Source of the DNA: Octopus vulgaris
Taxonomy: Eukaryota
Length of the DNA: 64,000 nucleotides
Reading direction: 5' to 3'
Assembly (NCBI GenBank): GCA_951406725.2
Contig: OX597830.1
Span: forward strand, 14,012,001-14,076,000
The notes under the pieces were generated by a model. The model ran no database searches and had not been told where the DNA came from. It saw nothing but the letters and a program-made list of their open reading frames with translations. Position 1 is the first letter of the stretch. Every line of letters starts with the position of its first letter. A program made the position numbers and the translations under genes. Shown in pieces: positions 1 to 14,249 of this stretch.

Positions 1-419
1 GTGTTTTACACTAATTCAAGTTTAGAGAGATAATACATTAAAAAAGTGAATAGTTTTCTATGATAATAGTGAAAACGTAACAGTAGGAACATGAGCTAAA
101 AATCAACAATTACGACAATAGCATATCAAATCCTTTCAGTTGCTGCTGTATACGATTATTAGAATGTAACCTACACAAGCATTGATTAGGAAGTAAAGAC
201 TTAAAGACTAGGATTCCACATTGGAATATTGCATGTATTTTGTATAATATTGGCTATGGAGAAAAAAAAATATTCGGCTTTATGAAAATTTAAAACAATA
301 TATTTTTAACGTCCCTTTTGAAAAAACATTGGTTGCTTATAGCATTAGGAGATGAATAAACCAATATATGTCTAAATCTATCTTCTCCTATTTCTTTCCT
401 CACATACACAAACATACAT

Positions 420-473
420 ATGTACATGTATATATGTGTATGTCTCTCTCTTTATATATATATATATATATAT

Positions 474-525
<52 letters not shown>

Positions 526-550
526 GTTTGTGTGTGTGTGTATGTATATA

Positions 551-593
<43 letters not shown>

Positions 594-660
594 GTATAGA
601 AATATATATACGTACATGTATATATTTGTACACGCATACAGTCAGAGTTATATATGTATG
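420..660. repeat. (TA)n/(TG)n microsatellite block
   Basis: Long TATATA and TGTG runs seen directly. They explain the YIYI-type ORFs at 368-936. Confidence 0.97.
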
Positions 661-2087
661 ACATTTGATGTCATAAGACATCTTTCCAGTTTGGCCAATA
701 TATCGAATTTTATACCGCATAATGAAAATATAGTATATCTCATGAATTACGATATATTGTGTGTGTGTCAGTGTGTGTTTGTGTGTGTGTGTGACTTGTC
801 AATACTGCATACTCGAAACGAGGCCCGATGTCGGATAAGTTACTGTTTGTGGCAATATGCAAAATGGTGTAAGCACCATCTGCTGGCATTTCTCAACGTT
901 TCATATCACGCAAAGAATTCAAATGTGAATCAGTAACATCTCAAGGTATGTGTTTTGTTGACTTAATAGTTATTCAAAGAGACTACCTTAATGACATGAA
1001 GGTTGCATTGTCGTTTGAGAATTCCAATTTAACTCGGCGCAGATCTGAGTTAAAATGAAGGGTGAAGCCGGAAGTACAAAATAATAAAACGAAGGTTTCT
1101 AGAAATTAAAACGGTCAAGAAGTATGACGCACACGGACATGCGCGCACTTTCTCACACTTTCACACGCAACTTGGCGAACACAAAGGGACCATAAAAAAA
1201 CACACCAAAAAGAAATTAATGTAGAAGGGATGTAACTGTATTATTTGGGGAATTATCGGGGTGAGATACTATCATTTGTACTTTAAGAATGTGTTGCATA
1301 ACTTATGATTGCATTTTAGAATAAGATCAATTGGTTCGTTAATGCAGCCGCTGAGTTATATGATAGATGCAGAAGTCGCATTTGTTGTTATAACTGTCAT
1401 ACAGTTTGGCATGGATAACAATAGATCATTTTATACTGTGCACAACTGAAATATGTTTTAGGTTATGAATGAATTTAGATAGAGAAGTACTGTCAGTTTT
1501 CGCTTGAGATTTAAAGCTAGAGTAGAGATTGCCTCGAAGGTGGTACTGCACAGGCTGATATATACAAACTTGGAATCCTCTGTGGAGACTATGCATTTGT
1601 ATACGATATTTCTAGTGAAGCATTTATTTTGTAAGGGACAGGAGATGGGGCGTTTACAACTGCATAAATTTGTACAGGGTGCTAAAGAGGAGTTTGTCGG
1701 ATTATAATTGCCTATAAAATTACTAGCAAATATGTCTCCAACACCAGACAACAAAAGCCATGTGCTCCAATGGTATATGAAAAAGAACCAAATGTTAACC
1801 CACTGAATATCGCTTTTTATGTTTATCATTGAATAGTGTAAAGGCCACATACTTTTGTGATTCAATGTATTTCATTGAAAGGATTACGTCCCTCTAATAC
1901 TGCTTTTAAAAAGAAATGATATGATTGCATGATTGTATTAATATTTCATCTGGTTAAGACATTTATCGCATCTCAGTTTCAATATGGAGAGTCATTAATC
2001 GCTAACTAAAAATATATACTTCTCGGTATGTAATTTAATATTTTTTAAACTTTTCCTGTATTCTATATCTGTGTTTCAGCAGGCTTT

Positions 2088-2450
2088 TATACATACATGC
2101 ATACATTCATGCATACATGCATGCATACATACATACATACATACATACATACATACATACATACATACATACAGGCATACATATATACATACATACATAT
2201 ATATATACATACATACATACATACATACATACATACATACATACATACATACATACATACATACATAGATACATACATACATATATGCATACATACATGC
2301 ACGCACCCGCAAACATACGCACACACATAAATATACATATATATTCATAAATATGCATACACACACACACACGCGCACACACACGCGCACACACACACAC
2401 GCATACACGCACACACACATAAGCACGCGCGTACACACACACACACACAC
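2088..2450. repeat. (TACA)n followed by (CA)n/(CG) microsatellite
   Basis: Seen directly. Confidence 0.97.
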
Positions 2451-3882
2451 TATATTAACCTTCTGATTATCTATATGTAAATGTGTTCGAATGTGCATCT
2501 GAGTATATATTTACATATATGCATATTTGTATACGTAAGCAGATGTTTTGCTTTCTAATATGCATGTGTATTTTGTTAAACATTCTACGTGTACCTGTGA
2601 ACTTCCAGATTTATGTACCGTGAAGCAAACGGTATTTTTTGAATATTCTATTGATCTTCATCACAAAACTGTATACATATGCCTTCCAGATTATTTTAAT
2701 ATCAATTTCTGAAGTATTTTGACGCAATTTTCTTGGACCGTAAATAACTCTTAGAGTTATCACAGTTCATACGAAGCGCAACTAATTGTCAACATATGCT
2801 CGCAATTAAATTTCATTGTAAAATTGAAAAGCTGTAAAATTCATTCCACCGCCTTTATTTATGAGCTCTACACTTACGTCAAGGTGCCAATGTAATACAT
2901 ATTGTTACACAACTCAAAACAGATCTAAGAAAATACTTGTAAACAACAGGTGTTTACTGTACAGAATTTTGCACAAAAACAAACGATTAAAGATGGAAGT
3001 AAATCTCACGATATACTTCAATTCTGAATGAACGCAAACGTAATATACACTAATTGTCAATAAAAATATTACCCACATGGCCTGAAGTGATTAATGACTA
3101 AAGATTTAAATTCAGTATTAATCATGTTGCTCCTAGCTACTACTATAATCGGTAGCAACATGCGCCAGCACCACTTCAATGAAGGGATGAGACAAAAGAA
3201 AGGTCTAGAAATGTTAAAGAGAGATTTGAGAATGTTGCTATTTCATACATGCTGCGAAGAACTCATGTAGAAATATGCAAAGACTTTCATGAGCTGCGTT
3301 TTCAAAATATGAATAGGGGAATCTGCTTATTATAAATACGGTTGTCATTAGTCAGTTTTTGTCATCAAAATTAGGGGATTCAAAATACACAAAGGACTTT
3401 GGTTTATTTTCTACTTAAAGCTTTCACTCAATAATTGTTAACTGCGCGCGCACATGTGTGTGTGTCTATGTTTCACAAACATGAATGTATGCGTCTAACG
3501 AAAGTATGTATATAAATTTATGTACACACACTTTGCTTTCGGTAGTTAATGATTAATTGTTATACATGACAATGCTACCACACTTTCTAAAATCTCCTGA
3601 ATCTATCAATTCAAGCCGAAATTTTGAAGAAACTCAACTACAAAATATTAGATTCAGTATTGAAAATGACTAACCTTCCTTGTTGACAATTAAATACAAA
3701 AGTCGGGCTATAATATAACCGGTGGCATGAATAGCGTCTAAATATATTGAGAATATTTATTCGTTGGATTATCTAAGAAAGGGCTCGATGAAATACAGAG
3801 ACTTCAAGCCTCTGCGGTAATATCCAATATCCAGGTTGTCATTGTTTCTGAAGGAGGAACCTCTCCCTGAAATCCATCAGCT

Positions 3883-3933
<51 letters not shown>

Positions 3934-3949
3934 CTGGCCAGTCATGGCC

Positions 3950-5270
3950 ATGTATGTTGTGGGTGAGATCATCTCGCCATCTTGTCTGTGGTCAGCCTCT
4001 TGATTTTGTCCATTGACTTGGTGACCAGTCCGTCACTCTGCTTGTCCTTCCTTTGTCCTCCAGTCGCATGATATAGCTGTCCCATCAATATCTGTTCTAC
4101 TTGATCGTTTTTATGATGTCGCTGATTCTCGTAATTTCTCGAATCCAGGCGTTGGTTTTCTTCTCCCGCAACGTGATGTCGAGCATGATAAGTTTCATTT
4201 TCCATGGGGTTACCACAAGAGAGTTCAAGATGGTAGTGCTGAAAGCTCATGTTTCACTGCCGAAAATCACCACTGGCAGGGTGTACTAGTTGAAGACTTT
4301 TATTCTAATTTTCATGGAATTCTTGGTATTTCGCATGAGATCTTCCACCCTTTCCAAAGGCCGCCCAACTAAGCATTATTCATTTCACTTCCAGGAGATT
4401 TCCATCTCTCCCCGTTAGACGTAGCTGTCTCCCTCTTTTATAGTCTAGCCGTTTATGGTGACGGGCGCTGGCGCAGTGACCCTATTGAGTATGACCTTGG
4501 TCTTTCCAAGATTCATGCCGAGGCCGGTAGGTTGGCTTTAGTGTGGACATCGCTGAGTATTTCCTCCATTTTCTTAGGTGTATACGCTGTGAAGATGATA
4601 TCATCTGCGAAGTCCAGTAAGCAGAGTTGTTCATAGTTTTTCCATTGAATTTTATTGCTGAGATCGTCTTGCAGGAACGATGTAAACAACTACGATAAGC
4701 TCCCGCCTTGCCTTACTCTTCTCTCTTGATTGATCTTATCACTGTTTTGATGAAGCCTCAAGGTCGATGTTACACCACTGTAAAGATCCACTCCTTGGTT
4801 TTCGGCGTTGTGAGTAGCGATGTGAATTCTTATTTCGTTATTGCCCACAAGGGACAAAACATAGAGGGGACAAACAAGGACAGACAAATGGATTAAGTCG
4901 ATTACTTAATTTATCGACCCCGAAAGGATGAAAGGCAAAGTCGACCTCGGAGCAATTTGAACACAGAACGTAACGGCAGACGAAATGCCGATAAGCATTT
5001 CTCCCGGCGTGCTAACGTTTCTACCAGCTAGCGGCGATGTGAATTCTATAGAGTCGAAAGCCTTCTCATGTTCAACAAAGCAAAGCAGAGAGGATTGTAT
5101 TGTTCACCTTCTCTTGTAGTTGACTGACAACCTGAATGTAATCAATACCAGAAAATCCTGTTCTGAAGCCAGCTTGTTCCTTTGGCTGATAGAGGTCCAA
5201 TATACTAACAATCCTTCTAAACATCATATGGGATTCCATGATGTGTAATTGATTGTACATAACGTGCAGG
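3950..5270 (-). mobile_element. Decayed RTE-clade LINE reverse transcriptase fragment, interrupted by a SINE
   Basis: Minus-strand translation gives QPKEQAGFRTGFSGIDYIQVV (~5130-5195), FVEHEKAFDSIEF (~5040-5080) and LDFADD (~4600-4618). These are RT motifs in the correct order, with frameshifts and stops. Confidence 0.85.
4831..5033 (-). mobile_element. SINE family B (tRNA-like head, Meta-domain-like core)
   Basis: Carries the family core GGTCGACTTTGCCTTTCATCCTTTCGGGGTCGATAAATTAAGT (reverse complement). Flanked by a 14-bp TSD GCGATGTGAATTCT at 4817-4830 and 5034-5047. Confidence 0.92.
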
Positions 5271-5730
5271 AAATTCATGGGACGATAATATATAATATAT
5301 AATTTATACAAATATCTGAAACTGAATAACACGTGTAAAATACGTTTATATAGCAATGGATTTGAAACCATTGGACTCAATGCGAAATTCTTGTGCGTAG
5401 AAATATTTCCTTTATATATACGAAATATTTATTCATGTCACTAATATTACCGTTGGGCTATTCAGTTTTGAATTATTAATAATTGATACTGATGGATGGC
5501 GTTCAAGTGTGTATAGATTTTTACTTATATGGAGATCACATACACATTTTTTCGAATTTTCGGCTATTTTTCGTCGATTATCTCGCTTCTAAATATTGTG
5601 GAAACGCCAGTCAGTATTACAAAAGTAAAGAAATTGCGGCAACGCCTGTGCGTATAAAGGAATGAGAACGCTCTGATACTTCACAGTCTATCATCTGAGA
5701 AATAATCTTTTTTTTTAATCCTATAGACTC

Positions 5731-6125
5731 AGGCGTGGCTGTGTAGTAAGAAGCTTGCTTCCCAACTACATGGTTCCGGGTTCAGTCCCACTGCGTGGCA
5801 TCTTGGGCAAGTGTCTTCTTCTATAGCCCCGGGCCGACCAAAGCCTTGTGAGTGGATTTAGTAGACGGAAACTGAAAGAAGCCCGTTGCCTATATGTGTG
5901 TGTGTGGGCGTGTGTGGGCGTGTCTGTGTGTTTGTTTGTCTCCTCACCACTGCTTCACAACTAGTGCCAGTGTGTTTATGTCACCGTAATTTAGCGGATC
6001 GGCAAAGGAAACCGATAGAATAAGTACCAGGCTTTAAAAATATACGTACTTGGGTTAATATCTTCAACAAAAAATTTTTGAAGGCGGTGCCCCAGCATGG
6101 CCGCAGTCTAATAAGGGAAACAAGA
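5731..6125 (+). mobile_element. SINE family A (tRNA-like head, CORE-like CTTGGGCAAG motif, internal microsatellite)
   Basis: GGCGTGGCTGTGTAGTAAG...GGTTCAGTCCC (A/B-box-like), followed by a body shared with more than 10 other copies in the window. Confidence 0.9.
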
Positions 6126-6330
6126 AAAAAAAAAGATGCATATTTCCACTCGAGTGTGCTAGAATGTGCATTTCTTTGTCTGTATGTCCCTCGAAATGGT
6201 TTCCATATTTCATTCTGTTCAAAGTACTTTTTTTAGATACTCATATCCTGAAACCGAAACACCGATCCATGCCCAGGGAACACACACACACACACATACA
6301 CACACACAGACACACACACACACACGCACG

Positions 6331-6362
<32 letters not shown>

Positions 6363-8132
6363 CACACACACATGCACCTTATAGTATATCTATAGATATA
6401 TATCTCCGTTCATTTTTGAACCCCACCTCGTTTAATCTCGTATTTATATTTTATAACTATCTTTCATTAATTAACATCACTTAATTAATCAAATACGAAG
6501 ATGATTAATAACCATTAATATTAACCATTAATCATATACGCAACATTTAGCTTACACTTTCGCTCTTACTTCTTTCTTTTTTTTCTTTCTGTGTTTAATT
6601 CCCTAAAATTATTCGTGTATTCTTCAGCTTCTTCTCTTTCTTACTCGAATTTGCATCACCGCATTCAAAATAATGGATGTAAAATGTTCTTTAAGAAGGT
6701 TCTTAGATCTAACTACCAGTAGCAATGGCGGTCTCTTAGATCCACTAATATCTACCGGTTCCTATCAGTGCTATGTTGATGTTTGCAGGTGATCAATAGT
6801 ATCACAACAATAGAACTGATATTCTATTATCTATAATTCAATGTTTAAACTAGGTTCAATAACATCATTTCTTCGTATAAATTCTTAAATGTTTACTTAC
6901 TTAGTTCCATTTCTTAAAGCAACATACTTATTTCTCACCATGCGTGAAATCACGGTTTTATTGTCCAGATAATCAGAATATTCTATGCAAGATTCGGTAG
7001 AGTTTTCTTTAACCTCTGACGTCATTTTTATCTCCTAAAAGATACTTGAAACAATATTTCGTTCTTTCTTTCACTTCCTACGTCTTCAATGTTAAAAATC
7101 AAGAAAAAAATCAGATCACCAATTTTGTTATTGCTTTTTTTTTTTTTTTTTTTTACTAAATATTGTTATTTTCCTTTGGAGATTTTATTATTTTTTTTCT
7201 TCCTAAAAATTTAATCCTTTCACAAAGCGAACTTTTGTGAGACAGCCACATAACCTGATGCTGCTGAAGATAAAGGAACAAAGAAAAACTAGCTACTAAG
7301 GAACGGACTAATCCCCCTCACCCAGTAATTTAGTTGCTCACTTACTAGGAAGTAAGGAAAAGAAAGCACAAAAGAATTTTGTATCTGTTTTTGGTTTCCT
7401 TTTCTCCTTTGTGGTTCCAACGTAGCTTTTATACGTCGGCTTGCCAACTTCTTCTTCGTTACATAGCTGAGTAGATCTATAATATCATTGTTTGAAAATT
7501 TATTTAACTTCTTTTTAAAAATTATACTTCCAACTATAGTTATATTTATATTTTTTTTTTTGTTTGAATGTTAGTTGCTTCCGAATTTTTGCTTTTTGAA
7601 AATTTAAACATTTTATTTTCAAAAGAAAAATTTAATAAATTTTCGATAATCTTATTTTTCTTCTTGCATATTTGTTTTTTACTGTTACGAGCAAGCAACG
7701 AACAGTGTCTAATTTCTGGTTAAAATGCCATACAAGGATAAATGCATTCACATTTATGTCAATATTGTATCTTTTTCAAATAATAGACCAAAATGGCGTA
7801 ATAATACATATTTCCCTATAATCACTTCACTGTAGAGTTCAAATTACTTTATTTTCCTTTATAAAATCTTACCCGACTCTTCCTCTTACGTTTTCCATAG
7901 AGCCAAAACATTATTTTGTTACTTCATGGAATCTGGATAAAAATATTTGCAAAATATTAATTTTAATTTTTGTATAACATTCATGATTAAGACTGGAGAG
8001 TATGCCAACATTTGTACATTCGATTAGCCGACCCAAATCTATAACTGGTATTTTTATTTTTTTACCCCGATAATCAAAAGCAATAACGAAGGATTGAATA
8101 TAATCAATTAGATAAAACTCTATGACTTTATA

Positions 8133-8294
8133 GGCGTCGGAGTGGCTGTGTGGTAAGTAGCTTGCTTACCAACCACATGGTTCTGGGTTCAGTCCCACTG
8201 CGTGGCACCTTGGGCAAGCATCTTCTACCATAGCCTCGGGCCGACCAAAGCCTTGTTAATGGATTTGGTAGACGGTAACTGAAAGGAGCCCATC

Positions 8295-8393
<99 letters not shown>

Positions 8394-8575
8394 CGTTTGT
8401 GTATCGCTTGACAACCGATGCTGGCGTGCTACGTCCCTGTAACTTAGCGGTTCGGCAAAAGAGACCGATAGAATAAGTACTAGACTTACAAAGAATAAGT
8501 CCTAGGGTCGATTTGCTCGACTAAAGGCGGTGTTCCAGCCTTCAGTCAAATGACTGAAGCAAGTAAAAGGGGTCA
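8133..8575 (+). mobile_element. SINE family A, full length
   Basis: Same head, body and tail, with internal (TA)n(TG)n. Confidence 0.92.
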
Positions 8576-9009
8576 AAGGGTAACTAATGTTATTATTAGA
8601 CATACGACCTTTTAAGTCATACAAACTTGTTTGTGAATATTAAGCAAGCTTGCATCATTGCAGTATATACATACGGAAGATTTTGAGGCTCAAACAGCGC
8701 GTATTAAAAATAGGAAATATATTTGACCCAGTTAATATGCAGCTTATTGTGCTTACGCGGTAGAAAGTAAAGAAATATAGATGCATCATGTTCTTCTCTT
8801 AACCACACATTACAAATAGTCAGATTCTTCTGATATGTTTCAAGGTGAAATGATGAAGCTTCGAACTATAACCACACTTCCCACTTGCGCCAACAATGAA
8901 AATCTCGATAGCAATCGCTATTTAAAACAGAATTAAGCTAAAACCTAGCTGAAATAGACTATTTTGCACATTAGCATTAGTCCACGGCGTGAGTAAATAT
9001 ACTGTCTTT

Positions 9010-9222
9010 CTCTTTACTCTCTTACTTGTTTCAGTCATTTGACTGCGGCCATGCTGGAGCACCGCCTTTAGTCGAGCAAATCGACCCCAGGACTTATTCT
9101 TTGTAAGCCTAGTACTTATTCTATCGGTCTATTTTGCCGAACCGCTAAGTTACAGGGACGTAAACACACCAGCATCGGTTGTCAAGCGATGTTGGGGGGT
9201 GGGGAAGAACACAGACACACAA

Positions 9223-9265
<43 letters not shown>

Positions 9266-9437
9266 CATACATATATACGACGGGCTTCTTTCAGTTTCCG
9301 TCTACCAAATCCACTCACAAGGCTTTGGTCGGCCCGAGGCTATAGCAGAAGCCACTTGCCGAAGGTGCCACGCAGTGGGACTGAACCGGTACCATGTGAT
9401 TTGTAAGCAAGCTACTTACCACACAGCCACTCCTGCG
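9010..9437 (-). mobile_element. SINE family A, full length, inverted relative to the copy at 8133
   Basis: Reverse complement of the family A consensus. Confidence 0.92.
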
Positions 9438-10004
9438 TCTATATACTGTAAATATTTATGCACAACAACCGTGTTTGAGTGTAACAATGTTCGGACTAGT
9501 GTCCTCATTTTGCTTGTCACAATCATATCTTTACGAGTTTTTCTCTCGTGCCTTTTGTATTCAATGATATTCTTATAATTTTGACCCGAATTTTTTTTTA
9601 CTAAATCCTCGTTGATAAGTGTTGTTATTCTGTTGTTCATACCAAAAATATTCTATTATTAATATTTGTCTTACTTGTGGTTATATTTGCTCTATGCACT
9701 TAAACCAGTGTATATAAATAGTCATTGGTTAAAGGATTGGTCTGAGGCCCACCAGGTAAAATACATAACTTAACACTTAATCAACACTCATGTTGTTCTC
9801 GAAGTACGAATTTTTCATAAAATTAGGGTTTGATGCATACATTTTAGTGTCGTAGTATTAGTAATGTTCTTTCCTTCTAGAGTAAAAAAAAGTCTTTTCA
9901 TTTCTCTGTTAGTTTATTGAGAATGGCCCCAAATCTCAGCAAATGTAATGATTTTGCCAGCGGTGTGAATTTGCATACATTTTACGTAATAATATACATA
10001 TATA

Positions 10005-10270
10005 CTCTTTTACTCTCTTACTCTTTTACTCTTTTACTTGTTTCAGTCATTTGACTGCAGTCATGCTGGAGCACCGCCTTTAATCGAGCAACTCGACCCC
10101 GGGACTTATTCTTTTGTAAGCCCAGTACTTATTCTATCGGTCTCTTTTGCCGAACCGCTAAGTAACAGGGACATGAACACACCAGCATCGGTTATCAAGC
10201 AATGCTAGGGGGACAAACACAGCCACACAAACACACACACGCATATATTTATATACATATATACGACGGG
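10005..10270 (-). mobile_element. SINE family A, 3' half, with (AGTAAAAG)n-type tail
   Basis: Matches the family A 3' region; repeated CTCTTTTA on the + strand. Confidence 0.88.
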
Positions 10271-10361
10271 CCCTCAAGCATTGATGGGGACAAGCCCAAC
10301 ACAAACACAAAGTCACACACCAACATACATACATACATACATACATACATACATACATACA

Positions 10362-10393
<32 letters not shown>

Positions 10394-10394
10394 G

Positions 10395-10585
10395 GGAGAG
10401 TTTACGAAAAAAAAAAAGACGAAGACAGGTGGTGTACCAAACAAACAGATGTATTAGTATAACGCTCAGGAATAGAAAAAGTGTTTTACGTTTCGAGCCT
10501 ACGCTCTTCGACAGAAAGGGACGCAGAAAAAACAAGGAGAGAAACAAGGAGAGAAAAAAAATGTGTGTAGTGGCTAACGATCTAT
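10395..10585 (-). mobile_element. Short microsatellite-flanked element, probably a PLE pseudo-LTR relic
   Basis: Unique ~190 bp between (TACA)n and (TA)/(CA) repeats. Contains a minimal hammerhead-like motif at 10484-10517. Confidence 0.5.
10484..10517 (-). ncRNA. Minimal type I hammerhead-like motif, A6U core variant
   Basis: Minus strand reads TTT CTGTCGA A GAGC GTAG GCTC GAAA CG TA AAA: stem I TTT/AAA, stem II GAGC/GCTC, GAAA, CG, UA. Confidence 0.45.
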
Positions 10586-11571
10586 CATATACATAGATAT
10601 ATATTTACGCTCACACACACACACACACACATTTATATATATTTTCAGTTTCCCCTTTACCACATTCATTCAAAGTTTTTGTTTTGTGTGTATTACAAGT
10701 AAATATTGTTCTGCTTCCTTAATATTGTTTATGGTATGCGTCATTTTGTAAAACGATACCAAGTACGACTATATACTTTTGTGATCTTCCAAATCTTAGT
10801 CTTATTAAAAGACTTTACTATCAGATAGAATGAAATACTAATAATTGTTCTCCTTAAAACAGGAACAGGTAGTGAAATGCAAACATTTATAATGAAAGAA
10901 AGATAAAAGCGTTACACCTGACAATGTTACCTGTAATTTAAATCTCGAGACTGTTGACCTACATTCAGTAAACTAAATACAAATTGAATGCTTCATTTAT
11001 TGTAACATCTGTAAAATATTACCAAGTTTGGAAAGTAATTTTCGTTCTGAATAAATGAGATACAGTAATGAGTTAATACGAGACAACCAGTCAAGGGGAA
11101 AACGAGACACATTGTGAGGTATATGCAGCCATGACATAACTAAAAGTATCGTTACTGCATTTTCTTCCACCTCCTTCCTTCTCCCTTCTTGTGCCTCCTT
11201 CTCCTCCTCCCCTCCTCTTTCTCCTTTCCCTCTCTCTTTTTCCTTCCCCCCTCTCTCTCCTTATATCTGTATGTATATGCATGTATGTATATATATTACA
11301 AAATACAAAGTTATATCTTGAGATCGGTGGTAACACAACACTCAAAATATATAACAGACTGGAATAGTATATATAACAGATGTTACAATGTGTTGTATAT
11401 GCAACATTGATTCTTATATATTTATATATTACTATAATTTTAAACGTCGGATTTTATATCTGTTCTGTAGATATAAATGAATATATGAATATATGTATGT
11501 GTTTGATCTTTCTGTTGATTCTATAATGTTCCTTTAGTTGCTGCTCACATTGCCTCCCCTCGGATTAATAA

Positions 11572-11610
<39 letters not shown>

Positions 11611-11685
11611 AAAGAAACAAATAGACACTACCAGGTTATCCGCCTATTGCAACACACGCCCATAATGCATTACATACATAAACAC

Positions 11686-11723
<38 letters not shown>

Positions 11724-13299
11724 ACACACATATATATTACGAAATTGATGACCTCATGTCTCGCTTTGTCTTTTGTTTTAACACGTCATTTCCACTTAAG
11801 TTTTGCTCAGTACACTTTCATGTTTCACCATCCGAAATATAGACGTATTCTGCCTTCTGATCGTATATATGTGACTATAGATAACTGTTTATTGCTTATT
11901 GTTTATTGCTGTGAGTTTCTAGAAAACCAATTAATACAAATTTATGTTTATGTGATTTCTGAGTTTCTTTCCGTTTCTTACACAAACATCAATATTATTA
12001 ATCCCTTTGTTCCAAAGCTCATCTAACATCCCATTTATTGTGGTAGGTTTTGAAAAATTCCAAAAGAATTTGGTTCGTCGCTATAGAGAATCCAGAAGAT
12101 TCTCTTCGATATATTTAGAGTATTTATTATGTCATAATTATGAAAATGAAATAATTATTTCAAGATAGCTGTAATTATTCTGAACTTACCCCTTTTAGAA
12201 CGTCTGTCAATTATTTTCCCTGCTTTCTAGATGGTTAAAGTATTTTCTGATAGCCTGATCATGAAAGGCGATTCAACCTTTCCATGATCAACATAACAGA
12301 TTGGTAAAAAGAAGGAAATTATCTACTGACCAGATACTCAAAGATCCTACTAAAGGATTAGGTGATGGCATTAAGCCTGTCAACGGATTGTGTCTAGCAT
12401 TGACTACGTGCATTAGCAATATAGCATTTGAATTTAAACACAAAATAGAAAGTATTTAGAAGCCAGGAAATCAAGGAGTGATGGACAATAGAGAACAGGA
12501 AAACGAGGCGAATCAAGAGCGATTCGAAAATATACTAATCGGAAAGCCGTATAGAATGTAGGAACGTGAATGTTTAAAAACTTCTCTGAAAATTTTAGAT
12601 TAGCAGGTTATATTTCAATGTTGTTCAATAAGATAACAAGACTTTAAAGATATCACTTCTTATATGACAATAATGCCTGAGGTTGTTCATGCACATCGCA
12701 CGGCATTTGGAACGCAAACGAAGTAAAATCATTGAAACCGGAAATCCAGCAAAGCTTATTTATTGACATTACACTTCAGTAATGATAAATAATAAAAATT
12801 ATTCACTTATTAGTCGAGGAATTAACTCAAAGAAAGTGTAAAAATTAATATAAACAAAACTATAAATACTGCTTAATTCAGAAATGAACAGCTATATTTT
12901 GTGTTGGCTGCCTACCTGAAGAGTACATGTGGCTCTGCTTTGTAGTTTATATTTTCTTGGTTTACTTTGAAACAAAAGACGATAATGAATATTTAAAAAT
13001 TTTATAACATATCTTGTCGACATTTGAATTGAGTCAAGTTGTGGATATGAGATTGTCAACGAAATAAGCGTATCTACAAACGAAAATTTATAATTCCGTA
13101 GCCAGTGTATATAGAGTGTTGACAATAGCATAAAATTATAACACTCAAGTCCGAAAGCTGAACCACGATACAATGTCAGCATATCAACGGTGCATGAGAG
13201 AGTGTTAGAAATGTTTTAATCTACAATCATTATAGGGTTATTAAGAGAAAAGTATGAAAAATGAAGAGATCTTCGGGAAAGATATGAGTAGATTACGAG

Positions 13300-14060
13300 A
13301 TTCTGTGAACGAAGGGCTCTGCGTAGTACTTAGAGTGGGGATATGTGTGGGTGGAGAGAGAAAGTGATGAATAGGTTGAGAGTGTCTGAGTGGAGGTGAA
13401 GCTAGACCAGCTAGAGCTAAAGAATAGAGATGATTAGAGGAGTGGTAGGAGAGAGAGAAAGCGAGAGAAGGAGAGAGAGAGGATACAGCTTGACTATAAT
13501 CCAGAAGCGTGTCAATGAGTAATTTTATACCTATTTCTTTATTACCCACAAGGGGCTGAACATAGAGGGGGCAAACATGGACAGACATAGGTATTAAGTC
13601 GATTATATCGACCCCAGTGCTTAACTGGTACTTAATTTACCGACCCCGAAAGGATGAAAGGCAAAGTCGACCTCGGCGGAATTTGAACTCACAACGTAAC
13701 TTCAAATTCCGCCGAGGTCGACTTTGCCTTTCATGCTTTCGGGGTCGGTAAATTAAGTACCAGTCAAGCACTTAATTTACCGACCCCGAAAGGATGAAAG
13801 GCAAAGTCGACCTCGGCGGAATTTGAAGTTACCTTGTGAGTTCAAATTCCGCCGAGGTCGACTTTTATACCAATCAGCCAAATGGCCTTTCTTTGGATGC
13901 TATCTAGGATGCCTGTTTATACAGAAACAGCATCGTTCTAGATGCTACTTCTACGATACTTCACTGTGGGTCCGATTTAAGCTTTACCTTGTGCCAACAA
14001 TTATTTGGAACTCGAGTATTTTCTGACCCTCAAAAGAATCGGTAATCTTTCATGGGTATT
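13300..14060 (-). mobile_element. Decayed Jockey/CR1-like LINE, post-RT C-terminal fragment
   Basis: Minus strand ILLRVRKYSSSK*LLAQGKA*IGPTVKY...ILDSIQRKAIWLIG...AVSSLS resembles the LINE pattern LYKAQIRPxLEY...LDxVQxRAxRLIG...VSSLSLFY. Confidence 0.6.
13532..13862 (-). mobile_element. 5'-truncated SINE B with three successive fold-back inversions
   Basis: The core segment occurs as -,+,-,+ between ~13615 and 13864. A 9-bp TSD TTTTATACC at 13523-13531 and 13863-13871 brackets the whole structure. Confidence 0.9.
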
Positions 14061-14249
14061 TCTTCCTCTGTTAAAGGAAACCTTTTGCCAGGGACAACAG
14101 AACTTAACATTTAAAGTGACCCCCTAGCTAACACTGTCTCCTCTCAGATGTAACACTCCATAATGTTTATGCACCATTGATATGCTGACATTGTACTGTG
14201 GTTCAGCTTTCAGACTTGAGTGTTATAATTTTATGCTATTGTCAACACT

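Noticed and set aside
1462-1771. Unique segment with possible splice sites (ORF 1504-1707)
   Set aside because: In-frame stops and no recognisable homology; could not be linked to the GPCR exons.
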